Below, piece by piece: positions 28,277 through 46,368 of a stretch of 64,000 nucleotides of DNA. The stretch spans positions 160,001 to 224,000 of the forward strand of contig JASGJH010000001.1 of the NCBI GenBank assembly GCA_047601445.1, read 5' to 3'. A program made the translations under genes and the position numbers. The notes under the pieces were generated by a model. The model had not been told where the DNA came from. It made no database searches and saw only the letters and a list, made by a program, of their open reading frames with translations. This DNA comes from Myxococcales bacterium (GTDB taxonomy: Bacteria; Myxococcota_A; Polyangia; Polyangiales; DASUME01). Every line of letters starts with the position of its first letter. Within the stretch, counting starts at the first letter, position 1.

Positions 28277-29608
28277 ATGAGCGGATCGGAGCGGCCCTTC
28301 GTCGACTGGTTTCGACACTGTGCACCTTACATCCATGCGCATCGTGGCCGTACCTTCGTCGTCGCCTTCGGTGGCGAGGCGGTGGCGGATCCGGAGTTCT
28401 ATCGGCTGGTACACGACCTGGCGTTGCTCTCGAGCCTCGGCGTGCGCTTGGTGGTGGTGCACGGCACGCGTCCGCAGATCGAGGAGCGCCTGCGTGAGGC
28501 GGGCATCGTGAGCGAGTTCCATCGAGGGCTGCGCATTACGCGACCCGAGGCGCTGCCCTGCGTGAAGGAGGCCGTGGGCGTCACGCTCGTGGAGATCGAA
28601 TCCAAGCTCTCCATGAGCCAGCCCGACTCGCCCATGTTCGGCGCGCGCGTTCGCGTGGCGAGCGGCAATTTCGTGACGGCGCGCCCCGTGGGCGTGCGCG
28701 ACGGCGTGGACCACTGGTACACGGGCGAAGTGCGCAAGGTGGACGCCGAGGGCATCAAGCAGCGGCTCGACTCGGGCGCGGTGGTGTTGATCTCGAACCT
28801 TGGCTACTCGTGGACGGGCGAGGTGTTCAATCTCGGGGTGCACGAGGTGGCGAGCTCGGTGGCCGAAGCCGTGGGCGCGGACAAGCTGGTGTGTCTCACG
28901 GAGCACGAGGGCTTCGTGAACAAAGACGGCAGCCTGCTGCGTGAGGTTTCTCCCTCGGCAGTCGAAGACCTGCTGAAGGACCGCGCGGACCTGTCACTCG
29001 ACGTGCAACGCTGGGCCTTGATGGCGGCGCGGGCGTGCCTGGGTGGCGTACGCCGCGGGCACCTGCTGTCGCGTCACATCAATGGCGGGTTGTTGCAGGA
29101 GCTCTACACGCGTGACGGCGCGGGTACGTTGATCGCCGTGGAGGCCTTCGAGGGCATGCGGGTGGCGAGCGCGCGCGATCTGCCGGGCATCCTGGAGCTG
29201 ATCCGGCCGCTCGAGGCGCGCGGTGTGCTGGTGGCGCGTTCGCGCGAACGGCTGGAGCGAGAGATCGATCACTTCGTGGTGGTCGAGCGCGACGGGATGG
29301 TGGTGGCGTGCTGCGCGCTGTACGAGCTGGACCAGAGCACCGGCGAGGTCTCCTGCTTCGCGGTCCATCCCGACTATCGCAAGGGAGGGCAGGGGGATAG
29401 CCTGCTCAACTTCATCGAGCGCAAAGCGGCTTCCCAGCGGCTATTCAAGCTGTTCGTGCTCACGACCCACACCGGCCACTGGTTCATGGAGCGCGGCTAC
29501 GAAATGTCCGACCCGGAGCAGCTGCCCGTGGAGCGTCGCTCGCTCTACAACCCGCAGCGCAACTCCAAGGTGCTGCTCAAGCAGTTGCCCAACGGTTCTC
29601 GGCCGTAA
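28277..29608 (+). CDS. argA: Amino-acid N-acetyltransferase (N-acetylglutamate synthase)
   Basis: FVDWFRHCAPYIHAHRGRTFV, AAK plus GNAT domains, YNPQRNSKV. Confidence 0.96.
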   Translation: MSGSERPFVDWFRHCAPYIHAHRGRTFVVAFGGEAVADPEFYRLVHDLALLSSLGVRLVVVHGTRPQIEERLREAGIVSEFHRGLRITRPEALPCVKEAVGVTLVEIESKLSMSQPDSPMFGARVRVASGNFVTARPVGVRDGVDHWYTGEVRKVDAEGIKQRLDSGAVVLISNLGYSWTGEVFNLGVHEVASSVAEAVGADKLVCLTEHEGFVNKDGSLLREVSPSAVEDLLKDRADLSLDVQRWALMAARACLGGVRRGHLLSRHINGGLLQELYTRDGAGTLIAVEAFEGMRVASARDLPGILELIRPLEARGVLVARSRERLEREIDHFVVVERDGMVVACCALYELDQSTGEVSCFAVHPDYRKGGQGDSLLNFIERKAASQRLFKLFVLTTHTGHWFMERGYEMSDPEQLPVERRSLYNPQRNSKVLLKQLPNGSRP

Positions 29609-29767
29609 CTTCCCGCCGGCGGGGAAGCTACGCGGCGTTACCCGCTGGATTTCATGGGTATTTCCCCTGAACACCGGCGTACAAAGTGCTGGCCACCCCG
29701 CCGGAAAATGCTACGGCAAACCGCTATTCAGCCGGAGGGCCGCCCGCCCGACGGGAGGCGAACGTGC

Positions 29768-32275
29768 ATGTCCCAGACAGTTTCCCAAGCTCGCGGTGAC
29801 GACGAGAAGGCCAATGCCGAGCAAGAGCGCATCGTGGGCGAGGAGGAGAAGGTCCTCGCGCGCGTGCAGAAGCACCTCGAGAACCGAGAGGTGCGCCGCT
29901 CGAGCCAGCCGTTGATCAACTACGACAAGGAGCTGCTCATCCTGCGCGACGCCATCAACGAGGCGCGCCTCGAAGACATCCCGCCGCTGCTCGAGGAGAT
30001 GGAGCGTCTGCAGGGCGTGGCGGCGCGGCGTGCCGAGGTCACCGAGTCTCACATCGATCCCAAGTCGCCTTACTTCGGGCGCCTGGTGCTGCGTGAGGGC
30101 GAGCAGAAGCGCGAGATCTTGATCGGCCGCGGCACCTACCTCGACTCGCGCACCGGTGTGCGCATCGTGGACTGGCGCGACGCGCCGGTGAGCCGGCTCT
30201 ACTACCGCTACGAAGAGGAAGACGACTACGACGAGGAGTTCGGTGGTCGCGAAGTGGTGGGCGAAGTGCTCACGCGCCGCTCGCTGGCCATCAGCGAGGG
30301 CTCGCTGCGTCGCATCGGTTGTCCTCAGGGCATCTTCGTGAAGACGCTGGACGGGCGCTGGTTGCGTGCGGACGACAGCGCGCGCTTGCAGGGTGGCCAG
30401 GGGGCTGCCCCGCGACCCGAGCATCACCGTGCGCCGGTTGGCAAGCTGGGCGTCGGCGGCGACGGCGAGCGTCGCGTGGACAAGCACCTGCCCGAGATCG
30501 CGGCGATGATCGACCCGCGTCAGTTCGAGCTCATCACGCGCCCGAGTTCGGGGTTGGTGGTGATCCAGGGCGGCGCCGGTAGCGGCAAGACCACCATCGG
30601 TCTGCACCGCCTGGCCTACCTGGCGTACCAGGAGCCCAAGCGTTTCCGCAAAGACCGCATGCTGATCGTGGTCTTCAACAAGGCCCTGGCCCGCTACATC
30701 TCGCGCGTGCTGCCCGCACTCGGCGTGGAGGGCGTGCAGGTGGTCATCTACGAGACCTGGGTGGAGAAGCTGCGCCGTGAGCACTTCCCACTCTTGCCCA
30801 AGGAGACGGCCGAGGAGACGCCCGCCGTGGTGTCCAAGCTCAAGAAGAGCCCGGCCATGCTCGGGCTCATCAAAGAGCGCGTGGCGCTGCTCCAGCAGCG
30901 GATTCTGGACGCCATGCTCGACGGGCTCAACGAGGTCACCGATCGTGAGCTCGTGAAGAAGGCCTGGCGCGAAGGTGAGAAGCACGCGCTGAGCGTGCGG
31001 CTCGACGCCATGGCGCGCTGGGCGGCCCAGGAGAAGGCGCTGCCGCCGGGGGTGCGGCGCGCGATCCAGAGCGCGGCCAGCAAGCACGGGCGCTCGGTGT
31101 CGGACGTGCTCGTGGTGTGGAGCGAGATTCTCACCGACCACGCGCTCCTGCGCGAGGCGCTCAACCGGTTGGCGCCTGGCGAGATGAGCGACAGCGAGCT
31201 CGAGCAGGCCCACCAGTGGTGCGCGCGGCGCTGCCCGCAGGTGGTGGCCGAGTGGGAGGAGCGCGTCGACGAGGGCAGCGGTGCCCGCGCCAGCAAAAAT
31301 CGGGACGACGATGAGGAAGCCGGCTCTTCGCCGCGTGAGAGCTTCGGTGACGGAGAGCTCGAGTCCGCCATGGAGGTCGCCTCGGGGCTCACGCCCGGCG
31401 AAAGCGACGACGACCTGGGTGGCGGCGACGACGAACCGGTGATCACCGATTTGCCGACGCCCATCGATCACGAAGACGAATCGCTGCTGCTCCTGCTGTA
31501 CCAGCGCCTGCGTGGCCGCCTGATGGGGCCCAAGCAGCGCGACGTGCTGGAGTACGAGCACATCCTGGTCGACGAGGCGCAGGACCTGAGTCCGGTCGAG
31601 TTGAGCGTGGTGATGTCCACCACCACCGAGCAGCGCTCGGTGACCCTGGCGGGCGACGTGGCCCAGCGCCTTCACATGGACAATGGCTTCGAGAACTGGG
31701 GCGACGTGCTCGGGCAGCTCGGGCTATCTCACGTGGAAGTGGAGCCGCTCAAGCTCAGCTATCGCTCCACCCACGAGATCATCGAGTTCGCGCACGAGGT
31801 GCTCGGGCCGCTCGCGCCGGCGGAGATCGGCAAGGCCACGCGCAGCGGCGCGCCGGTGGAGCTGTTCCGTTTCTCTCACAGCGGCGATGCGGTGGGCTTT
31901 CTGGCGGAGTCGTTGCGCGACCTGGCGCGCGTGGAGCCCAAGGCCTCGGTGGCGGTGATCTCACGCTACCCGGAGCAGGCCGACCTCTACTACAAGGGCC
32001 TGGTCAATGCCGAGGTGCCCAACGTGCGACGCGTGGCGGATCAGGACTTCCCCTTCAAGCCGGGCGTCGACGTGACGGACGTGCGGCAGGTGAAGGGCCT
32101 GGAGTTCGACTACGTGGTGCTGGTGGAAGTCAGTGGGGCCACGTTCCCAGCTCAGGACGAGACACGACACTTGCTGCACATCGCGGCCACGCGCGCGGCC
32201 CATCAGCTGTGGCTCTCTTGCACGGGCGAGCCCTCGCCGCTCATCCCAGCCCTCCTGCGCGAGCGCGGCTACTGA
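29768..32275 (+). CDS. HelD-like SF1 ATPase (RNA polymerase recycling factor)
   Basis: PYFGRL, IVDWRDAPVSRLYY, GGAGSGKTTIGLHRLAYL, VDEAQD, SYRST, VKGLEFD, ATRA. Confidence 0.8.
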   Translation: MSQTVSQARGDDEKANAEQERIVGEEEKVLARVQKHLENREVRRSSQPLINYDKELLILRDAINEARLEDIPPLLEEMERLQGVAARRAEVTESHIDPKSPYFGRLVLREGEQKREILIGRGTYLDSRTGVRIVDWRDAPVSRLYYRYEEEDDYDEEFGGREVVGEVLTRRSLAISEGSLRRIGCPQGIFVKTLDGRWLRADDSARLQGGQGAAPRPEHHRAPVGKLGVGGDGERRVDKHLPEIAAMIDPRQFELITRPSSGLVVIQGGAGSGKTTIGLHRLAYLAYQEPKRFRKDRMLIVVFNKALARYISRVLPALGVEGVQVVIYETWVEKLRREHFPLLPKETAEETPAVVSKLKKSPAMLGLIKERVALLQQRILDAMLDGLNEVTDRELVKKAWREGEKHALSVRLDAMARWAAQEKALPPGVRRAIQSAASKHGRSVSDVLVVWSEILTDHALLREALNRLAPGEMSDSELEQAHQWCARRCPQVVAEWEERVDEGSGARASKNRDDDEEAGSSPRESFGDGELESAMEVASGLTPGESDDDLGGGDDEPVITDLPTPIDHEDESLLLLLYQRLRGRLMGPKQRDVLEYEHILVDEAQDLSPVELSVVMSTTTEQRSVTLAGDVAQRLHMDNGFENWGDVLGQLGLSHVEVEPLKLSYRSTHEIIEFAHEVLGPLAPAEIGKATRSGAPVELFRFSHSGDAVGFLAESLRDLARVEPKASVAVISRYPEQADLYYKGLVNAEVPNVRRVADQDFPFKPGVDVTDVRQVKGLEFDYVVLVEVSGATFPAQDETRHLLHIAATRAAHQLWLSCTGEPSPLIPALLRERGY

Positions 32276-32276
32276 C

Positions 32277-33251
32277 GTGACGCTGCGCGCGCTGTTCGAG
32301 AGCGCCCGCGCGCGCCGCCTGGCCCTGGGGTTACCCAGCGCCGAGACCAACGCTTACCGCTTGTTTCACGGCGCAGCGGAGGGGCTCGAGGGCCTCACGG
32401 TGGATGTCTACGGGGAGTTCTTGGTGGCGAGCCTGTACACCGAGCAGCGTGGCGCTCGTGAGGAGGAGTGGCTCGATGCGCTCCACGAGCTCGGCTTCCG
32501 TGGGGTGTACCTGAAGCACCGTCCCAAGCAGGCGAACGAGCTGCGAGATGACGAGCGACGTGTGCGCGCTCCCGAGCAGGCCGTGCGTGGGGAAGATGCG
32601 CCGGTGAGCTTCGAGATCCGTGAGTCGTCGCTGCCTTTTCAGGTGCGATTGGGGGACGGACTCAGCACGGGCATCTTCCTCGACCAGCGCGACAACCGCG
32701 CACACCTCGGGCAGATCGCGCGCGGGAAGCGTGTCCTGAACTTGTTCGCGTACACCTGTGGGTTCGGCCTGGCCGCTGCGCTCGGGGGAGCCGCAGAGAC
32801 CACCAACATCGACGTCGCGGTGCCCGTGCTGGAGCGCGGCAAGCTCAACTATCAGGCCGCCGGTCTGGACCTCGAGGGGCACCGTTTTCTCGCGCGCGAC
32901 GTGCTCGACAGCTTGCCCAGGCTGGCGCGCCGTGGGGAGCGCTTCGAAATCGTGGCACTCGATCCGCCGAGCTACGCCTCCGTGAAGGGCAAGGGCCGTT
33001 TCAATGTGGAGCAGGACTACACGGAGCTCGCGCGCCTGGCCTTGTCCGTACTTAGTCCGGGTGGAACGCTGCTCGCTTGTACCAATCACGCACGGCTCAC
33101 CGAAAAAGACCTGGAAGTTTGCCTGCGGAGCGCCGCACGCGCGCTTGGACGAAGCCTGAACGCCGTGAGATTTGTGGCCCCGCCTGCGGATTTTCCAGCG
33201 CCTCCTGGCCGCCCCGGGCATCTGAAAAGTGCCTTTGTCTCCTGTGCCTGA
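32277..33251 (+). CDS. RlmI/RlmK-like SAM-dependent rRNA methyltransferase
   Basis: AYRLFHG, STGIFLDQRDNR, VLNLFAYTCGF, LDPPSY. Confidence 0.88.
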   Translation: MTLRALFESARARRLALGLPSAETNAYRLFHGAAEGLEGLTVDVYGEFLVASLYTEQRGAREEEWLDALHELGFRGVYLKHRPKQANELRDDERRVRAPEQAVRGEDAPVSFEIRESSLPFQVRLGDGLSTGIFLDQRDNRAHLGQIARGKRVLNLFAYTCGFGLAAALGGAAETTNIDVAVPVLERGKLNYQAAGLDLEGHRFLARDVLDSLPRLARRGERFEIVALDPPSYASVKGKGRFNVEQDYTELARLALSVLSPGGTLLACTNHARLTEKDLEVCLRSAARALGRSLNAVRFVAPPADFPAPPGRPGHLKSAFVSCA

Positions 33252-36200
33252 AGCTTTTTCGATTGCAGCCCTTGTGCCGCCGAATAAAATCGCTAAGAAG
33301 GGTGCACGAGACCCCCTCTCGTTTGCCGTTTGGCCCACGTCTCCCGCCGATGGCGGAGTCCAGTCGGCCGCGCAAACCGCAGCTTGATGCCACAAGCTGG
33401 GTTCTCCAAAGCCAGCAAATCAGCAACATGGGGGCCGCCCTGCCACGGGGCCGCGAGTTTTGGGGCTCATCACAAAAGAGCCTCTGATTTCAGCAGTTCA
33501 CAAGCCGCGCTAGTCGCTTCATCTCGCGCGGTCGTCGTTTCCAGCGAAGGGGACAGGGCCCGGCCAGTGCCAGGGGGGCACAAGCCGGCTCAAAAAGACC
33601 ATGGCCGAAAGTCCACTGATCGACACCAAGAACGATCTGACCATCGCGCAGCACGTGGCGAAGCTGTCAGACCGTGCCATCCAACGAATCACCGGCGGCA
33701 ATGCGTTCTTGCGTGGGCGCCTCTACGCGCGTCGCAACGCGGTGGTAGACCTGCTCGCCAACGGCACGACCGCCAGCGCGAAGATCTTGGTGCGCACCGA
33801 CCAGCCTTACGAGACCCAGCTTGGGCTCACGAGCGAAGGGCAGATCATTTCGCACTGCTCGTGTCCTGCATGGCGCGGACCGACCGGGCACTGCAAGCAC
33901 GTGGCCGCGGTCCTGGTGGCCCTGCGAGATCGTGAGCGTCCTCCGCGGCCCAAGGGTGAAGACGCGCCGAAGCCCGAGGGGGCGGCCAGCGGCGCAGCCT
34001 CGAGGCCCACGCTGGCAGCTTCGAACGGACACAGCTCCTCGGGTGCACCGGCCTCGGGATTCGCCCCGCGCGAGAGCGGCATCAAGGCCCAATCCGCGGC
34101 AGCGCTCGACGCCAACGGTGCAGCTGGACCCGCAGGTAAGCGCCGGCGATCGCGCAGGCGGCGCCGGGGGGCGGGTGAGGGCGGTGAGCCGCAAGTGCAG
34201 GTCGTTGCCCCGGCTTCCCCGTCCATCGTCGTCACCTCACGCTCCGGCGAAGTGCGCGAAGTTCGCGAGGCTCGCGAGTCCCGCAGCGAGTCGCGCAGTG
34301 AATCCCGTGGCAGCCTCGATGCCTGGTTGCCCCCGCAGGTAAGCCGCCCGGCCGACCTGGAGTTCCGCTTGGCCGTGCGCCCGGCCTCCATCGCCGTCAC
34401 CACCGTTTTGGCGGGCACGCGCCAGGCCGTGGCCCTCAACGACGCATTGGCCTCCTTCAGCGGCATCGGCACCAACGTGCGCCCGCTGATCCGCGATCTG
34501 GCGCGTCACACCACGCGCGGCGCCCCGGCCACCGCCGAGGTGCGCAGCGAAGACGCGGCCGAGATCCTCACGCGCCTCAAGGGGCGTCGCGTCCTCCTGG
34601 AGCCGGCTTCCATGGAGCTGCGCTTCACCGAGGAGCCCCTGCGTCCCAAGATCGAACTCGATCTCGCCAACGGCGGCACCGTGCGCATCCGCGTGGTATT
34701 CGAGCTGCCCTCCACTGGGCGGCGTTTCCCGCTCTCGAGCGGCGCCTGGTTCGAGGGCACGCCGGGTTGGTACGTGGACACCACCGAGGGCGTGGCGCGT
34801 CCGGTGGCAGACAACGTGACGCCGGCCTGGCTGCAGCGGCTCTACCGCTCGCCTGCGCTGGTGCATCCGGTGGGTGATCTGCCGCACGTGCTCACGGACT
34901 TCCTGCCGCGCGTGGCGGCCTCGCTCGGCGCAGCGTTGCCCGAGCTCGAGTCGGTGGCCGACGTGGTCGACGTGGCCCCCAAGTTCGCGCTGCGCGCTGG
35001 CGGTGACCTGGTCGAGGCGCGCGCGCGCATCCAGGTGAAGTACCGCGACTACGGCTTCGATGTGCCGCCGCGCGATCTGCCGCCTCCGCTGTCCTTCGTC
35101 GATGGCGCCGGTACGGGTCGCGGCGACGCGGGGCGCCCGCGTGTCGTGCGGCGCGAGGTTGGCCTCGAAATGACGGCCATCCAGGACCTGTTGAACCTCG
35201 GCTTCGAGCCCGACGGCACCGAGCTGGTGGTGCGCGGCGACAAGGCCATCAACTTCTGGACCACCGGTATTTCCACGCTGCCCGAGGAATGGGATCGCTT
35301 CATTCCGAACGACCTCGCCGGCGTGCAGGTGCGCAAGACGGCCGTCAGCGCGCGCATGCGCGTATCGAGCGGGGTCGAGTGGCTCAACCTCGACATGATG
35401 TTCGGCGCCGAGGGCGTGGCCGTGAGCCAGGAAGAGCTGCGCATGTGCCTCGAGCAGGGCAAGAAGCTCGTGCGCCTCGAAGACGGCACCTACGCGCCCG
35501 TGAAGGCCGAAGACGTGGGCCAGGTGCTCGAGCGTATGGCCGAGATCTTTGCCGGCGTCGGCGAGGACAAGCGCGTGCCGCTCTCGCAGGCGGGTCGCGT
35601 GCAAGAGCTGATGCGCATCGTGTCCGACCAGAACGTGCAGAGCACGGCCAAGAGCCTGTTCGGCAAGCTCGAGGACCTCGGTCAGGTCGAGAGCATCGCC
35701 AAGCCGCGCACGCTGCGGGCCACGTTGCGCCCGTACCAGAAGGACGGCTTCTCCTGGCTGGTGTTCCTGCACAACCTGGGCACCGGCGGCATCCTGGCTG
35801 ACGACATGGGTCTCGGTAAGACCCTGCAGGCCATCTCGTTGCTGCTGTGGGCCAAGGGCAAAGAAGACCGCAAGCTGACCCTGGTCGTGGCGCCCACCTC
35901 GGTGGTGCCCAACTGGCAGCGTGAAATCGAGAAGTTCGCGCCGAGCTTCAAGGCCGTGCTCTGGCAGGGCCCCGACCGCCAGGAGAAGGCGGCCGAGCTC
36001 GAGGACGCCGACGTGATGATCACGAGCTACGCGCTCTTGCGGCGCGACGAGGAGTTCCTGCAGACGCTGGACTTCCGCTACGTGATCCTCGACGAAGCGC
36101 AGCACATCAAGAACCCCTTGAGCGCCACCGCGCGCGCGGCCAAGCGCCTCAAGAGCGACCGCAAGCTCGCCATGACGGGTACGCCCATCGAGAACCGCCT

Positions 36201-37063
36201 GAGCGAGATCTGGTCGATCTTCGACTTCGTGTCGCCGGGCCTCTTGAGCAGCCTGAACAACTTCGAAGAGAAGTACGCGCGTCCCATCGAGCGCGGCGAC
36301 AAGGAATCGGCCCAGCGCTTGCGCGCGACCATCCATCCCTTCGTGCTGCGCCGCACCAAGGCCGAAGTGGCCCAGGACCTGCCCGAGAAGATCGTGCAGG
36401 AGATGGTGGTGCCGATGGCCGAGGAGCAGCAGAAGCTCTACAAGCAGATCCTGCGTCAGGTGCGCGAGAGCGTGCTCAGCGAGGTGGAGAAGCAGGGCAT
36501 CCAGAAGGCCTCCATCCAGATCCTCGCGGCGCTCACGCGCTTGCGCCAGGTGGCCTGCGACCCGCGTTTGCTCGGGCTCGAGGGCAACTTCGAGGAGGAG
36601 AGCGGCAAGCTCAACGCGCTCAAGGAGATCGTCAGCGAGGCCGCCGCCGGTGGTCACCGCGTGCTGATCTTCAGCCAGTTCGTGTCGATGCTGAAGCTGA
36701 TCCGCGAGGCGCTGGACGCCGAGAAGATCAACTACACCTACCTCGACGGCTCCACCAAGGATCGTCAGTCCCTGGTCGACAAGTTCAACACGGACGAGTC
36801 GCTCACGGTGTTCTTGATCTCGCTCAAGGCGGGTGGCACCGGCCTCAACCTCACGGGCGCCGACACGGTGATCCACTTCGACCCCTGGTGGAACCCGGCG
36901 GTCGAGGACCAGGCCACGGATCGCGCGCACCGCATCGGTCAGAGCAAGGTCGTCACGGTGTATCGCCTGGTCGCGCGCGACTCGGTGGAGGAGAAGATCC
37001 TCCAGCTCAGCGAGAAGAAGCGCGAGCTGGTCGCCAACGTGCTCGCCACGGAGGACGCGGGCC

Positions 37064-44239
<7,176 letters not shown>

Positions 44240-44429
44240 GCGGCCTCTCGGGCTGAGGAGCGGGCTTGCTCGTGCGCAACCTTCGTGATGCGGCGCGCGA
44301 GCGTGGTGCGCTGTGCCCCTTAGCTATGCGCGTGTCGCTGCTCAGCAACGCTCGGGTCGAAGCGCGCCCTCGGACGTGCGAGCGGAAGAGCACGGCGAGC
44401 AAGGCTCAATGAGCGTGGCTCTCGATCGA

Positions 44430-44813
44430 CTATGTTCGCTTGCGTGGCGGCTCGAGCCCGGCCTCGCGCCGAAACTCGCGGCACTGCCATGAGCCGCGCT
44501 CGAACTCTCGACACGTGGTCCCGCGATCTTCGTACACGCGGCATGCGTGAGGAGACTCGGCCGTACCCAGGTGAACGCAGGCGCCCTCGGCGGTGTACGC
44601 GAACGCGAGCTCGCCGAAATGACCGGGTACGAGCGCCTCGACGAGGTCGTCTCTCCCCGCGCGCTTCCAACGCACGATATCTTCGGCGGGAACCAGGATG
44701 CGACCATCGCTGGCCTGTCGGCAGCAAACGCCGCACGCAAGGCAATCGGGTACGTCCCTCGTGTCGTGTTCGCCCTCGTGCTGGCGGTGCTCGCTGTCGT
44801 CGCGGACTTCCAC
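44430..44813 (-). CDS. YkgJ-family (CxxCxxCC) Zn/Fe-chelating protein
   Basis: CLACGVCC, CVHL, CRVYEDR...CREF. Confidence 0.85.
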   Translation of the reverse strand: MEVRDDSEHRQHEGEHDTRDVPDCLACGVCCRQASDGRILVPAEDIVRWKRAGRDDLVEALVPGHFGELAFAYTAEGACVHLGTAESPHACRVYEDRGTTCREFERGSWQCREFRREAGLEPPRKRT

Positions 44814-44852
44814 GTCGCTGGCAGCCTGACCCAGCCTGCGTGGGTGGTCGAG

Positions 44853-44901
44853 TTCGCCGCTCCGCTCAGGGTGACAAATTCGCCGCTCCGCTCAGGGTGA
44901 C
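44853..44901. repeat. Two 23-bp direct repeats, 26-bp period (REP-like)
   Basis: ttcgccgctccgctcagggtgac at 44853-44875 and 44879-44901. Confidence 0.85.
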
Positions 44902-45177
44902 GAATTGGACGATGCGGGATGACGCGGCCGGGGCAGGGCGTACTTGCCGGGGGGCTCCCTCCGTGACAAATGCGCCCCGCACGTGGCTGCCTGGGGACGG
45001 GCACGGAGCGCTCGGCCCCCGCCTGGAATGGTCTGTTTTCTGTGTTATTCTGTGGCCTTGGATAGCAAGGTCCCCGCCCCTCCGGGCCCGTTGCCTGGCC
45101 CGTCCGAGGTGGCTGAAGCGATGCCACGGGTGCTACGTCAAGGGAACTCCCGAAATGGGAAACGGAGAAGCTGATAC

Positions 45178-45444
45178 ATGAGCGAAGCGCTTCATGGACC
45201 TCTCAAGCGCCTCATTGTCGATGCGCTCATGCTCGAGGACATCGAGCCAGGGGAGATCGAAGACGACGCGCCCTTATTTGGCACGGGACTGGGCCTCGAC
45301 TCGATCGACGCTCTCGAGCTGGTGATCGCCATCGATCGCAAGTTCGGGGTGAAGATCGAGGCGGAGGACGAGCGTAACAAAGAGATTTTTCGCAGCGTGA
45401 CGAGCCTGGCCAGGCACATCGCTGAGAACCAACCTCGCGGGTAA
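45178..45444 (+). CDS. Acyl carrier protein 1
   Basis: GLGLDSIDALEL. Confidence 0.95.
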   Translation: MSEALHGPLKRLIVDALMLEDIEPGEIEDDAPLFGTGLGLDSIDALELVIAIDRKFGVKIEAEDERNKEIFRSVTSLARHIAENQPRG

Positions 45445-45450
45445 AGATCG

Positions 45451-45708
45451 ATGAACAAAGAGGAGATTTACGCGCGCATTCGGCACACGCTGGAATCGAA
45501 TTTCGAGATTCCTGCCGAACGCATCACGCCCGAAGCCCGTCTGCAGGAGGACCTGGAGCTCGACAGCATCGACGCCATCGACATGGCCGTGCAGATCCAG
45601 GAGATGACGAACGTGCGGGTCGACGAGGAGGAGCTCAAGACGCTCCGCACCGTGAACGACACGGTGGAACTCGTGGTCGCGTTGCTGGCGCGGCAAGCCA
45701 ACAACTGA
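45451..45708 (+). CDS. Acyl carrier protein 2
   Basis: DLELDSIDAIDM. Confidence 0.95.
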   Translation: MNKEEIYARIRHTLESNFEIPAERITPEARLQEDLELDSIDAIDMAVQIQEMTNVRVDEEELKTLRTVNDTVELVVALLARQANN

Positions 45709-45738
45709 GAGCCCGTGCGGTTGGGCGGCCCATAGACC

Positions 45739-46368
45739 ATGCGCAAGCTGCTCGCGGTGTTGAACGTCGCGCTCGTGGTCGGGTATCCGCTCGCCGTGTA
45801 CTTCGGGCTCACCCGCTTCGGCGCGCGCGGTGTGTCGCTGCTGTTGCTGGCGCTGCTCTTGCCCGGCCTGCTGCAGAAGTTCGCGCGGGCTTCGCGTGAG
45901 GACCTGCGAACGGTGCTGGGCTTGCCGCTGAGCGTGTTCTGCTTGGTCGGCGCATCGGCGCTGCTCGACGATCCGCGCCTCGTGCTCGCGTTGCCGGTGC
46001 TGATCAACGTGGCCCTGCTGATCCAGTTCGGCCTCTCGCTGCGCGGCACCCCGATGGTGGAGCGCTTCGCGCGCATGCAGGACCCCAACCTCGGGCCGGC
46101 GCAGGTCGTTTACTGCCGTACGGTCACGCTCGTGTGGTGCGGCTTCTTCGTGCTCAATGCGCTGGTCAGCGGGTACCTTGCGCTGTTCGCCGAGCTCGCC
46201 AGCTGGGCGCTCTACACCGGGCTCATCGCCTATGTGCTGATGGGCGTGCTGGGCGCTTGCGAATACCTGGTGCGCAAGGCGCGCTTTCGCGAGTACGGAC
46301 CGGGCCTGCACGATCGCGTGATCGCCCGCATCTTCCCGCCGCCGGGTGCCGGCGAGGTGACGCGATGA
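45739..46368 (+). CDS. COG4648-like membrane protein of aryl-polyene-type clusters
   Basis: YPLAVYFG, PMVERFAR, YCRTVTLVWCGFF, WALYTGLIAY. Confidence 0.85.
   Translation: MRKLLAVLNVALVVGYPLAVYFGLTRFGARGVSLLLLALLLPGLLQKFARASREDLRTVLGLPLSVFCLVGASALLDDPRLVLALPVLINVALLIQFGLSLRGTPMVERFARMQDPNLGPAQVVYCRTVTLVWCGFFVLNALVSGYLALFAELASWALYTGLIAYVLMGVLGACEYLVRKARFREYGPGLHDRVIARIFPPPGAGEVTR

Noticed and set aside
29609..29767. Rifamycin-associated element upstream of the HelD-like gene
   Set aside because: No convincing 19-bp inverted repeat seen
29711..31675. 654-aa antisense ORF
   Set aside because: Shadow of the HelD-like gene caused by high-GC codon bias
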